In this document: in pieces, positions 39,224-50,533 of the stretch | How the letters are laid out: each line of letters begins with the position of its first letter | How positions within the stretch are numbered: position 1 is the stretch's first letter | The notes under the pieces: generated by a model | What the model saw: the letters and a program-made list of their open reading frames with translations, nothing else | What the model was told of the DNA's origin: nothing | The model's database searches: none | Translations under genes and position numbers: made by a program | Sequence record: ON528734 | Length of the DNA stretch: 64,000 nt | Strand: one strand, 5' to 3' | Source of the DNA: Shigella phage ESh24

Positions 39224-39517
39224 ATGAAAAAATTTATCTTTGCCACAATTTTTGCTTTAGCTTCTTGTGCTGCTCAGCCTGCTATGGCAGGTTATGATAA
39301 AGATTTGTGCGAATGGTCTATGACTGCTGATCAGACTGAGGTTGAAACTCAAATTGAAGCAGATATTATGAATATCGTTGAGCGCGATCGCCCTGAAATG
39401 AAAGCTGAAGTGCAAAAACAGCTTAAGTCTGGTGGTGTAATGCAGTATAATTATGTTCTGTATTGCGATAAAAACTTTAATAATAAAAATATCATCGCTG
39501 AAGTGGTAGGTGAGTAA
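39224..39517 (+). CDS. sp: spackle periplasmic protein
   Basis: 97 aa with signal peptide MKKFIFATIFALASCAAQPAMA. Confidence 0.8.
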   Translation: MKKFIFATIFALASCAAQPAMAGYDKDLCEWSMTADQTEVETQIEADIMNIVERDRPEMKAEVQKQLKSGGVMQYNYVLYCDKNFNNKNIIAEVVGE

Positions 39518-39530
39518 TTAGAGGTTAAGT

Positions 39531-39887
39531 ATGTATAGTTCTGAATTTTCATATTTAAAAATGGAAAAAATTTCATACGATTTTATAGATGAAAAGGTTT
39601 ATTATAGTTTCCATGAACCACGTTTTAATAGTGAGGTTGGGTTTATTGTAGTAAAAGACAATTTTATTTTAAAAATATATTCAGCATTAAAGGATTTTCA
39701 TTACGAAAATATTAACCTAAAATTTAATAAAGAAAACGTTCGTAATTGCGCAGTAACAATTACAGGAAATAAAGGTACATGTGTTATGCTATCTGATGAA
39801 ATTAATGATTTGCTAAATGATGCAGAAAATATTACTGCGCCATCTATTGATGACCAAATTTTTAATGCTTTTATGAATAGAGGTTAA
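39531..39887 (+). CDS. hypothetical protein (118 aa), 61.2 position
   Basis: ORF; T4 61.2 has been reported as an anti-defense factor (from memory, unverified). Confidence 0.5.
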   Translation: MYSSEFSYLKMEKISYDFIDEKVYYSFHEPRFNSEVGFIVVKDNFILKIYSALKDFHYENINLKFNKENVRNCAVTITGNKGTCVMLSDEINDLLNDAENITAPSIDDQIFNAFMNRG

Positions 39888-39888
39888 T

Positions 39889-40053
39889 ATGAAAACATAT
39901 AAAGAATTTATCAAAGAAGATATGGTCGCTGGAGATTCAGGTGGTAATCCTGAAAATATCTCTACTGGAACAACATCAGGTGCTGTAGTAAATAAAGGTC
40001 CTGAACAGATTCCTAAAAAGAAAAAAGAGGAATCTAAAGAAAAAGAAGAGTAA
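39889..40053 (+). CDS. hypothetical Gly/Lys-rich small protein (54 aa)
   Basis: ORF between 61.2-like gene and 61. Confidence 0.4.
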   Translation: MKTYKEFIKEDMVAGDSGGNPENISTGTTSGAVVNKGPEQIPKKKKEESKEKEE

Positions 40054-40055
40054 AA

Positions 40056-41084
40056 ATGTCATCAATACCTTGGATTGATAATGAGTTTGCATACCGTGCA
40101 TTAGCTCATTTACCTAAATTCACACAAGTAAATAATAGTTCAACTTTTAAATTGCGGTTTAGATGCCCAGTGTGTGGAGATTCAAAAACCGACCAGAATA
40201 AAGCTCGTGGATGGTATTATGGTGATAATAATGAAGGAAACATTCATTGTTATAACTGTAACTATCATGCACCAATCGGAATATATTTAAAGGAGTTTGA
40301 ACCTGATTTATATCGTGAGTATATCTTTGAAATAAGAAAAGAAAAAGGTAAAAGTCGTCCAGTAGAAAAACCTAAAGAACTTCCTAAACAACCTGAGAAG
40401 AAAATAATTAAATCTCTTCCGTCATGTGTTCGATTAGATAAACTGGCGGAAGACCATCCAATTATAAAATATGTAAAAGCTCGTTGTATTCCAAAGGATA
40501 AATGGAAATATCTTTGGTTTACAACCGAATGGCCTAAATTAGTTAATAGCATAGCACCGGGAACATATAAAAAGGAAATTTCTGAGCCTCGTCTTGTTAT
40601 TCCAATTTATAATGCTAATGGAAAAGCTGAGTCTTTTCAAGGACGTGCATTAAAGAAAGATGCTCCTCAAAAATATATCACCATCAAAGCTTATCCTGAG
40701 GCAACAAAAATCTATGGAGTCGAACGAGTTAAAGATGGTGATGTATATGTTCTAGAAGGACCTATAGATTCGCTTTTTATTGAAAATGGTATAGCTATTA
40801 CGGGTGGTCAATTAGACCTAGAAATTGTTCCATTTAAAGATAGACGTGTGTGGGTTTTAGATAATGAACCTCGTCATCCTGACACTATTAAGCGAATGAC
40901 TAAATTAGTTGATGCAGGAGAAAGGGTTATGTTTTGGGATAAATCTCCCTGGAAATCAAAAGATGTTAATGATATGATTAGAAAGGAAGGTGCAACCCCT
41001 GAACAAATTATGGAATATATGAAAAATAATATTGCCCAGGGGTTAATGGCTAAAATGCGGTTATCTAAATATGCTAAGATTTAA
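40056..41084 (+). CDS. 61: DNA primase gp61
   Basis: 342 aa; zinc ribbon CPVCG...CYNC, Toprim EGPIDSLF. Confidence 0.95.
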   Translation: MSSIPWIDNEFAYRALAHLPKFTQVNNSSTFKLRFRCPVCGDSKTDQNKARGWYYGDNNEGNIHCYNCNYHAPIGIYLKEFEPDLYREYIFEIRKEKGKSRPVEKPKELPKQPEKKIIKSLPSCVRLDKLAEDHPIIKYVKARCIPKDKWKYLWFTTEWPKLVNSIAPGTYKKEISEPRLVIPIYNANGKAESFQGRALKKDAPQKYITIKAYPEATKIYGVERVKDGDVYVLEGPIDSLFIENGIAITGGQLDLEIVPFKDRRVWVLDNEPRHPDTIKRMTKLVDAGERVMFWDKSPWKSKDVNDMIRKEGATPEQIMEYMKNNIAQGLMAKMRLSKYAKI

Positions 41085-41281
41085 ATTAACCCAACTAAAG
41101 CAAATGCTAAATCTACGAATGTATCAAGAGTAACTACTGGAATACTAACGCCATGAGCAATAGCAACTGGCGATAAAACAAAATTCCAAAGTAAAATTCC
41201 TATCATAGCAGAAATAGTAAAAGCTATACGTTTCTTATTACCTTTTATGGCATTAACAAGTGCCATTAATTTTTGTACCAT
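41081..41281 (-). CDS. antisense small membrane protein (66 aa), convergent with gene 61
   Basis: Only intergenic minus-strand ORF; strong RBS AAAGGAGG 6 nt before ATG on minus strand; two hydrophobic helices. Confidence 0.6.
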   Translation of the reverse strand: MVQKLMALVNAIKGNKKRIAFTISAMIGILLWNFVLSPVAIAHGVSIPVVTLDTFVDLAFALVGLI

Positions 41282-41316
41282 ATGTCCTCCTTTAAATTAA
41301 TATTTATCATAAATTT

Positions 41317-41348
41317 GTTTACTTTCTCAGCTTGTTATGGTATTATAA
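41317..41348 (+). promoter_or_regulatory. T4-type early promoter upstream of nuclease-like ORF
   Basis: GTTTAC (41317-41322) and TGGTATTAT -10. Confidence 0.65.
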
Positions 41349-41371
41349 AATAAATTGCTGAGGATGATATA

Positions 41372-42711
<1,340 letters not shown>

Positions 42712-42771
42712 TTGCTTACATATTCAAATGATATAATTATTTAACTTATTAATGAATTGAAAGGAAAAATA

Positions 42772-43290
42772 ATGGCTCACTTTAATGAATGTTCACAACT
42801 GATCGAAGGCGCTGATAAAGCTCAAAATGAATATTGGGATATTCTCGGTGATGAAAAAGACCCGCTGCAGGTTATGCTTGACATGCAGAAATCTTTGCAG
42901 GTTCGTTTAGCTAAAGATAAACCTGAATATAACCGTCATCCTGATGATTTGGCTACTGCAGGTGAAGTTGTTGATTGGCTGCGTAATCAGAAAGATTATA
43001 TTGACGATGAATTCCGTGAACTTCTGACTTCTCTTGGTGGTATGAGTAATGGTGAAAAAGACGCATCTGCTGTATGGAAACCTTGGAAGTCGCAGCATGG
43101 TGAACGTCGTGAAACTCTGATTACTGATTTGTCTCCACAGGACCAGTTAGAAATCAAATTCGAAATGATTGATATTCTCCATTTTGTTCTGAACATGTTT
43201 CAAGGTCTTGGTCTTACAGCAGAAGAAATCTTTAAACTTTATTATCTGAAAAATGCTGAAAATTTCGCTCGTCAAGACCGAGGTTATTAA
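42772..43290 (+). CDS. 56: dCTP/dCDP pyrophosphatase gp56
   Basis: 172 aa starting MAHFNECSQL; MazG-like. Confidence 0.9.
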   Translation: MAHFNECSQLIEGADKAQNEYWDILGDEKDPLQVMLDMQKSLQVRLAKDKPEYNRHPDDLATAGEVVDWLRNQKDYIDDEFRELLTSLGGMSNGEKDASAVWKPWKSQHGERRETLITDLSPQDQLEIKFEMIDILHFVLNMFQGLGLTAEEIFKLYYLKNAENFARQDRGY

Positions 43291-43330
43291 CAGCTCGTCT
43301 TAAAAGCCGCGAGAATTTATTATAAATAAT

Positions 43331-43338
43331 CATGTAAT
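43331..43338 (+). promoter_or_regulatory. T4 late promoter TATAAATA upstream of soc
   Basis: Exact TATAAATA 21 nt before soc ATG. Confidence 0.7.
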
Positions 43339-43358
43339 TTAAATAAAAGGAGAATTAC

Positions 43359-43604
43359 ATGGCTAGTACTCGCGGTTATGTTAATATCAAAACATTTGAG
43401 CAGAAATTAGATGGAAATAAGAAAATTGAAGGAAAGGAAATTTCAGTAGCTTTCCCTCTTTATTCTGACGTTCACAAAATTTCTGGTGCTCATTACCAGA
43501 CGTTCCCTTCAGAAAAAGCAGCATATACTACTGTATATGAAGAAAATCAGCGTACTGAATGGATTGCTGCAAACGAAGATTTGTGGAAAGTAACTGGTGG
43601 TTAA
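43359..43604 (+). CDS. soc: small outer capsid protein
   Basis: 81 aa; matches T4 Soc. Confidence 0.9.
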   Translation: MASTRGYVNIKTFEQKLDGNKKIEGKEISVAFPLYSDVHKISGAHYQTFPSEKAAYTTVYEENQRTEWIAANEDLWKVTGG

Positions 43605-43611
43605 TAATTCA

Positions 43612-43636
43612 AGGACTCCTTCGGGAGTCCTTTTTC
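43612..43636 (+). terminator. rho-independent terminator (GGACTCC-UUCG-GGAGTCC + T5)
   Basis: 7-bp stem, UUCG loop, T run. Confidence 0.85.
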
Positions 43637-43645
43637 ATTTAAACG

Positions 43646-43677
43646 GTTTACTTTCCAAAATGAGTATGGTATAATAA
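43646..43677 (+). promoter_or_regulatory. T4-type early promoter
   Basis: GTTTAC and TGGTATAAT. Confidence 0.7.
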
Positions 43678-43701
43678 AATTATCTTATAGAGGAGAGCAC
43701 T

Positions 43702-43914
43702 ATGTTAAATCGTTGGATTAAACCAAATGAAGACCTCCAGAAGGTTCTTGATAAAGCTATCTCTGATAAATGGGGTATGAAAAGCTGGGATTGCGATGTC
43801 GTTACGCATTCATTCATGATGCATGCAGATGGTTCAGTCGAGTTCAATGCTGAAATGCGATACACTGACTGGGGTGGATTTCAAAGAGTCGAATTTCAAA
43901 GAGGCTTTTTGTAA
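43702..43914 (+). CDS. hypothetical protein (70 aa)
   Basis: GAGGAG RBS. Confidence 0.5.
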   Translation: MLNRWIKPNEDLQKVLDKAISDKWGMKSWDCDVVTHSFMMHADGSVEFNAEMRYTDWGGFQRVEFQRGFL

Positions 43915-44252
43915 TGTTTATCTTTAATTGGTTTAAAAGTTTCTTTACGGATTTTTTCTCTACGACTCCTGGGGAAGGTGTAGTTCCTATTTCAAATGAC
44001 TACCTTCCTTTAACTGTAGTTGAGTATGTTTATATGGGAGATGGAACAGTAGAAGAAGTTACTATGACTTATGAAGAAGCCCAAGAATATTATAAAAATC
44101 CTTGGCGCTGGTCAGTACCTACATCATCTAACACACAGAATACACAGTCTAGTTCTGATTCATATGATACTAATGTTCCTGTTCATGTATGGGCGGGTGA
44201 TTCATGCGGAAGTTCTTGTGATTCTGGCTGTTCATCTACATCTTGTGATTGA
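43914..44252 (+). CDS. hypothetical protein with Cys/Ser-rich C-terminal tail (112 aa)
   Basis: C-terminus [18 protein letters not shown]. Confidence 0.5.
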   Translation: MFIFNWFKSFFTDFFSTTPGEGVVPISNDYLPLTVVEYVYMGDGTVEEVTMTYEEAQEYYKNPWRWSVPTSSNTQNTQSSSDSYDTNVPVHVWAGDSCGSSCDSGCSSTSCD

Positions 44253-44260
44253 GGAAAATT

Positions 44261-44746
44261 ATGGAAGCGATTTTGTTTGAAATGTATATTAGCAGTAATA
44301 GCATGTCGTTTGCTAAAGATGTTCCAATTACTGTAGCCGTAATGATTGATAAGGGTTATTGTGACCCAATGTATCTCGTAGAAAATTTCGTTTCAATGCC
44401 AGTTCCAGAAGATGCTGAAATAAAACTTAAAAAGATCGGAATTATTGAAACTGTGCCAAATATTCCGTTTAGAGCAATTGAAGCATTTACTAAATCCGAA
44501 TACATTAATGTTAACACAGAAAAATATAATGATAAACCTTTATCTTTCTATTCATATGATTCAGTATATAGTTGGAAAATAGATAAAGGAAATAAATTTA
44601 TAATTGTGAGTGAAGACGCTTTATCATACTTTATTTCTTCTGTATGGAATATTTTAAATCCAAATTTGCTAAAAATTCATGAATTTGACGGTGTCCATAC
44701 TATTGTTTTAGGTAAAATAAATGAAAGCTCTCAAGAAGATTCTTGA
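44261..44746 (+). CDS. hypothetical protein (161 aa)
   Basis: GAGGAAA RBS. Confidence 0.5.
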   Translation: MEAILFEMYISSNSMSFAKDVPITVAVMIDKGYCDPMYLVENFVSMPVPEDAEIKLKKIGIIETVPNIPFRAIEAFTKSEYINVNTEKYNDKPLSFYSYDSVYSWKIDKGNKFIIVSEDALSYFISSVWNILNPNLLKIHEFDGVHTIVLGKINESSQEDS

Positions 44747-44924
44747 ATGGTTCAATAGACCAAACTCAATGTATATTGATGATGGTTGGGTTGAACAGGC
44801 AAATAAAGAAATGCAGAATGAATCGGAAGAATGGATGAAATCAATGATTAGTGCTGAGAAAGAAAAGAAATTAGAGCGCTCAGCGCTTAAATTGATGAGA
44901 GACATCTATGGGGATAAATCGTGA
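44721..44924 (+). CDS. hypothetical protein (67 aa)
   Basis: ORF. Confidence 0.45.
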
Positions 44925-44932
44925 ACAAAGAT

Positions 44933-45085
44933 ATGACGTTAGAAGAGGCTAAAGCAAAAGCAAATGAAGCAATGGATTTGCTTCTTAAAATCGGCAGTAA
45001 AATGATGGAAGAAAATGAGAAATATATCCAGGAAAACAAAATTCCCGATGGTCCATTAGTAGGCAAAAGGAAATCACATGATTGA
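44933..45085 (+). CDS. hypothetical protein (50 aa; alternative GTG start 44921)
   Basis: Small ORF bridging neighbours. Confidence 0.35.
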
Positions 45086-45548
45086 AGTAGCAAAATTATA
45101 TTCAATAGAATTTATGTCTAAAGAAGGTAAATCAGTAAATACACTTGATAAAAAATGCTCATTAATTATTCCTTTAGCAGAAAATCCGGATATTTTAATT
45201 AAAGATATAAAAGAAAGAAAATATCCAGAAAATGTTATTCTAATTATAAAGCATACTGAAGATATTTTGCAAAATACAGATTCACCATTTTCTTCTTCTG
45301 AAGCTTTAACTATTAAAGGCTATAAAAGAGCTCATGAATATGGTCTTTTTGACATGTTTGAAGACGATAAAGTTAAATTAGCGAGTCAACCTTCTAAAAG
45401 TAAAACATTCATTATTGAAGATATTAAAGATATAAATGCATTTGTTAGGATGGTCTGGGCTCATTTTGATGTTGGACTACGCTGGAGAATGTCCGAAGAA
45501 GAAAGAAAGATTGTTGAAGCTAATCGTCAATTTGGTTTTTATCGCTAG
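45078..45548 (+). CDS. hypothetical protein (156 aa)
   Basis: ORF. Confidence 0.5.
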
Positions 45549-45556
45549 GAATTAAT

Positions 45557-45739
45557 ATGGATTTATTTGAGATGTTAGAAGATAATCATTCTACGAATAA
45601 CCAGAATGATTCTAGTGATTATAAGAAAGAGTACCGTATAGTATTACAGAATTATGGAATTGAAGCCCCAGATGCTCTTCTAGAAGAACTAGCTTCATAC
45701 CATCTTGACCCTCCGCCTTGGGCTCCCTGGGCAAAATAA
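45557..45739 (+). CDS. hypothetical protein (60 aa)
   Basis: ORF. Confidence 0.45.
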   Translation: MDLFEMLEDNHSTNNQNDSSDYKKEYRIVLQNYGIEAPDALLEELASYHLDPPPWAPWAK

Positions 45740-45750
45740 TTCAAAAAGTT

Positions 45751-45782
45751 GTTTACTTTCCTTTCTAACGATGATATGATAG
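45751..45782 (+). promoter_or_regulatory. T4-type early promoter
   Basis: AAAAAGTTGTTTAC...GATATGAT. Confidence 0.65.
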
Positions 45783-45806
45783 CTTCTGAAGTATACGGAG
45801 GCTATC

Positions 45807-46430
45807 ATGATTATTAATCCTGCAGATGTTGAACAGTTATCTATAAAAGCTGAAAGCGTTGATTTTCAATATGATATGTATAAAAAAGTCTGTGAAAAAT
45901 TTACTGACTTTGAGCAGTCTGTTCTTTGGCAATGTATGGAAGCCAAAAAGAATGAAGCTCTTCACAGACAGTTGAATAAAATCATTAAAAAGCATTTAAC
46001 TAAATCGCCATATCAGTTATATCGTGGTATATCAAAATCGACAAAAGAGCTCATTAAAGATTTACAAGTTGGAGAAGTGTTTTCAACGAACAGAGTAGAT
46101 TCATTTACTACTAGTTTGCACACAGCATGCGGTTTTTCTTATGTTGAGTATTTCACTGAAATAATATTTCGCTTAAAAACTGATAAAGCTTTTAATTACT
46201 CTGACCATATCAGCGATATTATACTTTCTTCTCCTAATACTGAGTTTAAGTACACGTATGAAGATACTGATGGGTTAGATTCAGAAAGAACTGATAACTT
46301 AATGATGATTGTGCGTGAACAAGAATGGATGATTCCAATTGGAAAGTATAAAATAACTTCTATTTCAAAAGAAAAATTACACGATTCATTTGGAACATTT
46401 AAAGTGTATGATATTGAGGTAGTTGAATGA
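45807..46430 (+). CDS. modB: ADP-ribosyltransferase ModB
   Basis: 207 aa; ART signature R (YRGIS), S-x-S (FTTS), E-x-E (EQEWMIP). Confidence 0.8.
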   Translation: MIINPADVEQLSIKAESVDFQYDMYKKVCEKFTDFEQSVLWQCMEAKKNEALHRQLNKIIKKHLTKSPYQLYRGISKSTKELIKDLQVGEVFSTNRVDSFTTSLHTACGFSYVEYFTEIIFRLKTDKAFNYSDHISDIILSSPNTEFKYTYEDTDGLDSERTDNLMMIVREQEWMIPIGKYKITSISKEKLHDSFGTFKVYDIEVVE

Positions 46431-47029
46431 AATACTCAGTAATGCAATTAAAAGATTTTAAAATAAAATCAATGGATGCATCGGTGCGTGCTTCTATTCG
46501 TGAAGAATTACTTTCTGAAGGGTTTAATTTATCTGAAATTGAACTTTTAATTCATTGTATTACCAACAAACCAGATGACCATACTTGGTTAAATGAAATA
46601 ATTAAATCTCGTTTGGTTCCAAACGATAAACCTCTTTGGAGAGGTGTTCCAGCTGAGACTAAGCAGGTGTTAAATCAAGGAATTGATATTATTACATTTG
46701 ATAAAGTCGTATCAGCTTCATATGATAAAAATATAGCTCTACATTTTGCTTCCGGTTTAGAGTATAACACACAGGTTATTTTTGAATTCAAAGCTCCTAT
46801 GGTATTCAATTTCCAGGAGTATGCTATAAAAGCTCTACGCTGTAAAGAATACAATCCAAACTTTAAGTTTCCGGATAGCCATCGTTATCGTAATATGGAA
46901 TTAGTTTCAGATGAACAAGAAGTAATGATACCAGCTGGAAGTGTATTTAGAATTGCAGATAGATATGAGTATAAAAAGTATTCAACATACACTATCTATA
47001 CTCTTGATTTTGAAGGATTTAATCTATAA
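46427..47029 (+). CDS. modA: ADP-ribosyltransferase ModA
   Basis: 200 aa; paralog of ModB with WRGV, SASY, EQEVMIP. Confidence 0.8.
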   Translation: MKYSVMQLKDFKIKSMDASVRASIREELLSEGFNLSEIELLIHCITNKPDDHTWLNEIIKSRLVPNDKPLWRGVPAETKQVLNQGIDIITFDKVVSASYDKNIALHFASGLEYNTQVIFEFKAPMVFNFQEYAIKALRCKEYNPNFKFPDSHRYRNMELVSDEQEVMIPAGSVFRIADRYEYKKYSTYTIYTLDFEGFNL

Positions 47030-47085
47030 TGGAAGGACTTAGATTCATTATACCACGAAAGTTTTAAAGCATTTTACATAAAGTT

Positions 47086-47117
47086 GTTTACAAGTTAAAG
47101 TAAAAATGTTATAGTAT
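47086..47117 (+). promoter_or_regulatory. T4-type early promoter
   Basis: AAAGTTGTTTACA...GTTATAGTATAGT. Confidence 0.65.
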
Positions 47118-47151
47118 AGTAGTCAAACCGTCCGTAAGATGTGAGAAAAAT

Positions 47152-47898
47152 ATGAAACTGTCTAATAATCAAATTCGTAAAATTAAACGTCGTTTAGAGC
47201 ATACTCAGGCATCTGCTAAAAGACGTTCTAAAGATTTTAACTTAGACTTCAATTACATTAAGAACATTTTAGACCAAAAAGTTTGCGCTTACTCGGGAGA
47301 ACCTTTTGATAATCGTATTGAAGGAGAGAAATTATCATTAGAACGTTTTGATAATAACATTGGATACATTAAAGGGAATGTTATTGCAGTAAAGAAAAAG
47401 TATAATACATTTCGTTCTGATTATACTTTAGAAGAGTTGATTGAAAAACGGGATTTATTTGCTTTGCGAATTGGTCGTTCATCTGCGAAAAAAGTTCATA
47501 AACTAAATTTAGATGAAAAGAAATGGGCTAAAATCAAAAAGACTTATAATCAAATTAAAGCTATACAGAAAAAACGTGAAAACCGAATTGAACACATTTC
47601 TCAGCTTTCTAAATCAAAACAAACCGCTGATATTAAATTAACTATTGTAGCACTTAAAGCTCGTATTGATGGTTCTCGTATAGCAGAAGGCGCTGAAGTT
47701 GTTAAATTGAACGTTCTTCTTAAAGGCTCGGATTGGAAAATTGTGAAAAAGTTGTCAGAAGCAGAAATGCAATATGACATGTGTGATAAAATTATTCAAG
47801 GTGTAGAGCGGTATCAAAACTTGTCTTTTATTGATAAACTTAAACTGAAAAGAGGATACCCGCTAAATTGTTCAATTTTTAAACTTATCCGAGGATAA
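47152..47898 (+). CDS. hypothetical protein (248 aa); Srd-like by position and size
   Basis: Position between modA and dda.1; identity from gene order only. Confidence 0.55.
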   Translation: MKLSNNQIRKIKRRLEHTQASAKRRSKDFNLDFNYIKNILDQKVCAYSGEPFDNRIEGEKLSLERFDNNIGYIKGNVIAVKKKYNTFRSDYTLEELIEKRDLFALRIGRSSAKKVHKLNLDEKKWAKIKKTYNQIKAIQKKRENRIEHISQLSKSKQTADIKLTIVALKARIDGSRIAEGAEVVKLNVLLKGSDWKIVKKLSEAEMQYDMCDKIIQGVERYQNLSFIDKLKLKRGYPLNCSIFKLIRG

Positions 47899-47899
47899 T

Positions 47900-48211
47900 A
47901 TGGTTTATGTATATGCGATAGTGTATAGAGATAAGGATGGATTTACGGCACCAGTTCCACTTGATGAACATCGTCCTGCTGTATTTTTTGAATGGAATAT
48001 TGCTGATAAAGTATTTACCACTCTTAAAGAGCAGTATCAACTAGCTTTAGGTAAGGGAATTCCAAGATTAGTTGAGACTCCACGTAAATTTTGGTTTAAT
48101 AAAATAGAAGTTAAACATGTTAAGCCTGATGTAGACACACAAAGATTATATCAGCGAATTTTAGATACTGGGCGTATTGTTAGTATTCCAATTGCAGGGA
48201 CTTTCCGATGA
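47900..48211 (+). CDS. hypothetical protein (103 aa), dda.1 position
   Basis: ORF. Confidence 0.55.
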   Translation: MVYVYAIVYRDKDGFTAPVPLDEHRPAVFFEWNIADKVFTTLKEQYQLALGKGIPRLVETPRKFWFNKIEVKHVKPDVDTQRLYQRILDTGRIVSIPIAGTFR

Positions 48212-49527
48212 CATTTGATGATTTGACCGAAGGCCAGAAAAATGCCTTTAACATTGTTATGAGGGCTATTAAAGAAAAGAAACATCATGTAACTATTAAT
48301 GGACCTGCTGGTACTGGTAAGACTACTCTTACTAAGTTCATCATTGAAGCTTTAATATCTACGGGTGAAACTGGTATTATTTTAGCAGCTCCTACTCATG
48401 CAGCTAAAAAGATTCTTTCAAAACTGTCGGGGAAAGAAGCGAGTACTATTCACAGTATTCTTAAAATTAACCCAGTAACATATGAAGAAAATGTTCTTTT
48501 TGAACAGAAGGAAGTGCCAGATTTAGCTAAATGTAGGGTATTAATCTGCGACGAAGTGTCAATGTATGATAGAAAGCTATTTAAAATTCTGCTTTCAACT
48601 ATCCCGCCGTGGTGTACTATAATTGGAATAGGTGATAATAAGCAAATTAGACCTGTTGACCCAGGAGAAAACACTGCTTATATCAGTCCATTCTTTACAC
48701 ACAAAGATTTTTATCAGTGTGAACTTACTGAAGTTAAACGCAGTAATGCTCCTATTATTGATGTAGCTACTGATGTTCGCAACGGTAAGTGGATTTATGA
48801 TAAAGTTGTTGACGGTCATGGAGTACGTGGATTTACTGGTGATACCGCTTTACGTGATTTTATGGTAAATTATTTTTCAATCGTCAAATCACTAGATGAT
48901 TTGTTTGAAAATCGCGTAATGGCATTTACGAATAAATCTGTTGATAAGTTAAATAGCATTATTCGTAAAAAGATTTTTGAAACTGATAAAGATTTTATTG
49001 TCGGTGAAATTATTGTAATGCAGGAACCATTAATTAAAACATATAAAATTGATGGAAAGCCTGTATCAGAAATTATTTTTAATAACGGACAATTAGTTCG
49101 TATTATAGAAGCAGAGTATACATCAACATTTGTTAAAGCTCGTGGTGTTCCTGGAGAATATCTAATTCGTCATTGGGATTTAACAGTAGAAACTTACGGC
49201 GATGATGAATATTATCGTGAAAAGATTAAAATAATTTCATCTGATGAAGAGCTGTATAAGTTTAACTTATTTTTAGGTAAAACAGCAGAAACTTATAAGA
49301 ACTGGAATAAAGGCGGAAAAGCTCCGTGGAGTGATTTTTGGGATGCTAAATCACAGTTCAGTAAAGTGAAAGCACTTCCTGCATCAACATTCCATAAAGC
49401 GCAGGGCATGTCTGTAGACCGTGCTTTCATTTATACGCCTTGTATTCATTATGCAGATGCTGAATTGGCTCAACAACTTCTTTATGTTGGTGTTACCCGT
49501 GGTCGTTATGATGTGTTTTATGTATGA
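48208..49527 (+). CDS. dda: DNA helicase Dda (SF1B)
   Basis: 439 aa; Walker A GPAGTGKTT, Walker B LICDEVSM. Confidence 0.95.
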   Translation: MTFDDLTEGQKNAFNIVMRAIKEKKHHVTINGPAGTGKTTLTKFIIEALISTGETGIILAAPTHAAKKILSKLSGKEASTIHSILKINPVTYEENVLFEQKEVPDLAKCRVLICDEVSMYDRKLFKILLSTIPPWCTIIGIGDNKQIRPVDPGENTAYISPFFTHKDFYQCELTEVKRSNAPIIDVATDVRNGKWIYDKVVDGHGVRGFTGDTALRDFMVNYFSIVKSLDDLFENRVMAFTNKSVDKLNSIIRKKIFETDKDFIVGEIIVMQEPLIKTYKIDGKPVSEIIFNNGQLVRIIEAEYTSTFVKARGVPGEYLIRHWDLTVETYGDDEYYREKIKIISSDEELYKFNLFLGKTAETYKNWNKGGKAPWSDFWDAKSQFSKVKALPASTFHKAQGMSVDRAFIYTPCIHYADAELAQQLLYVGVTRGRYDVFYV

Positions 49528-49548
49528 TTAAATTTGAGGAAGCTATTC

Positions 49549-49794
49549 GTGGAAATAACTAAAGACCAGTTTTATCTACTTCAAGATAAAGTGAGCGAAA
49601 TATATGAAATAGCTTATAGTAAAAATTATAGAAATGTAAAAATTGAATCAGGCAAGTTAATGCTTCAATTGGAAGAAATTGAACGAGATTTGATTGCGTT
49701 AGAATTCTTTTGTGGTGAAGTGAAAACTGTTACAATCAGTGATTACATTTTAGGTGAAATTAGCCATCTTTATAAGGTGATTATTAATGTTTGA
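49549..49794 (+). CDS. hypothetical protein (~81 aa; non-ATG start likely)
   Basis: GAGGA RBS then GTG at 49549; track start at 49534 is TTG. Confidence 0.4.
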   Translation: MEITKDQFYLLQDKVSEIYEIAYSKNYRNVKIESGKLMLQLEEIERDLIALEFFCGEVKTVTISDYILGEISHLYKVIINV

Positions 49795-50470
49795 TTTTAT
49801 TATAGATTTTGAAACAATGGGAAGTGGTGAAAAAGCAGCTGTTATTGATTTGGCTGTTATTGCCTTTGACCCTAATCCAGAGGTAGTTGAAACATTTGAT
49901 GAATTAGTTTCGCGCGGCATTAAAATCAAATTTGATTTAAAAAGCCAAAAAGGACATCGTCTTTTTACTAAAAGCACTATTGAATGGTGGAAAAATCAGT
50001 CTCCTGAAGCTCGAAAAAATATTGCACAATCAGATGAAGATGTAAGCACTATCGATGGTATTGTAAAATTTAATGATTACATCAATGCACATAACATCGA
50101 TCCCTGGAAATCTCAGGGTTGGTGCCGTGGAATGTCGTTTGATTTTCCAATTTTAGTCGATCTCATTCGCGATATTCAACGTCTTAACGGCGTTTCCGAG
50201 AATGAGCTTGATACGTTTAAGTTAGAACCTTGTAAATTCTGGAATCAGCGTGATATTCGTACCAGAATTGAAGCACTTCTCCTTGTTCGTGATATGACCA
50301 CGTGTCCTCTTCCAAAGGGAACTTTAGATGGATTCGTTGCGCATAATTCTATTCATGACTGTGCGAAAGACATTCTGATGATGAAGTATGCTTTGCGATA
50401 TGCTATGGGTCTTGAAGATGCTCCATCAGAGGAAGAGTGCGATCCTCTGTCTCTTCCAACAAAACGATAA
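49787..50470 (+). CDS. dexA: exonuclease A (DEDD 3'-5' exonuclease)
   Basis: 227 aa; FIIDFETMG exo motif. Confidence 0.88.
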   Translation: MFDFIIDFETMGSGEKAAVIDLAVIAFDPNPEVVETFDELVSRGIKIKFDLKSQKGHRLFTKSTIEWWKNQSPEARKNIAQSDEDVSTIDGIVKFNDYINAHNIDPWKSQGWCRGMSFDFPILVDLIRDIQRLNGVSENELDTFKLEPCKFWNQRDIRTRIEALLLVRDMTTCPLPKGTLDGFVAHNSIHDCAKDILMMKYALRYAMGLEDAPSEEECDPLSLPTKR

Positions 50471-50476
50471 AAAGTT

Positions 50477-50508
50477 GTTTACTTCCTCGGTTAGTTGTGG
50501 TATTATAA
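50477..50508 (+). promoter_or_regulatory. T4-type early promoter
   Basis: GTTTAC and TGGTATTATAACA. Confidence 0.7.
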
Positions 50509-50533
50509 CACCATAGCTACTGAGGATAATAAA

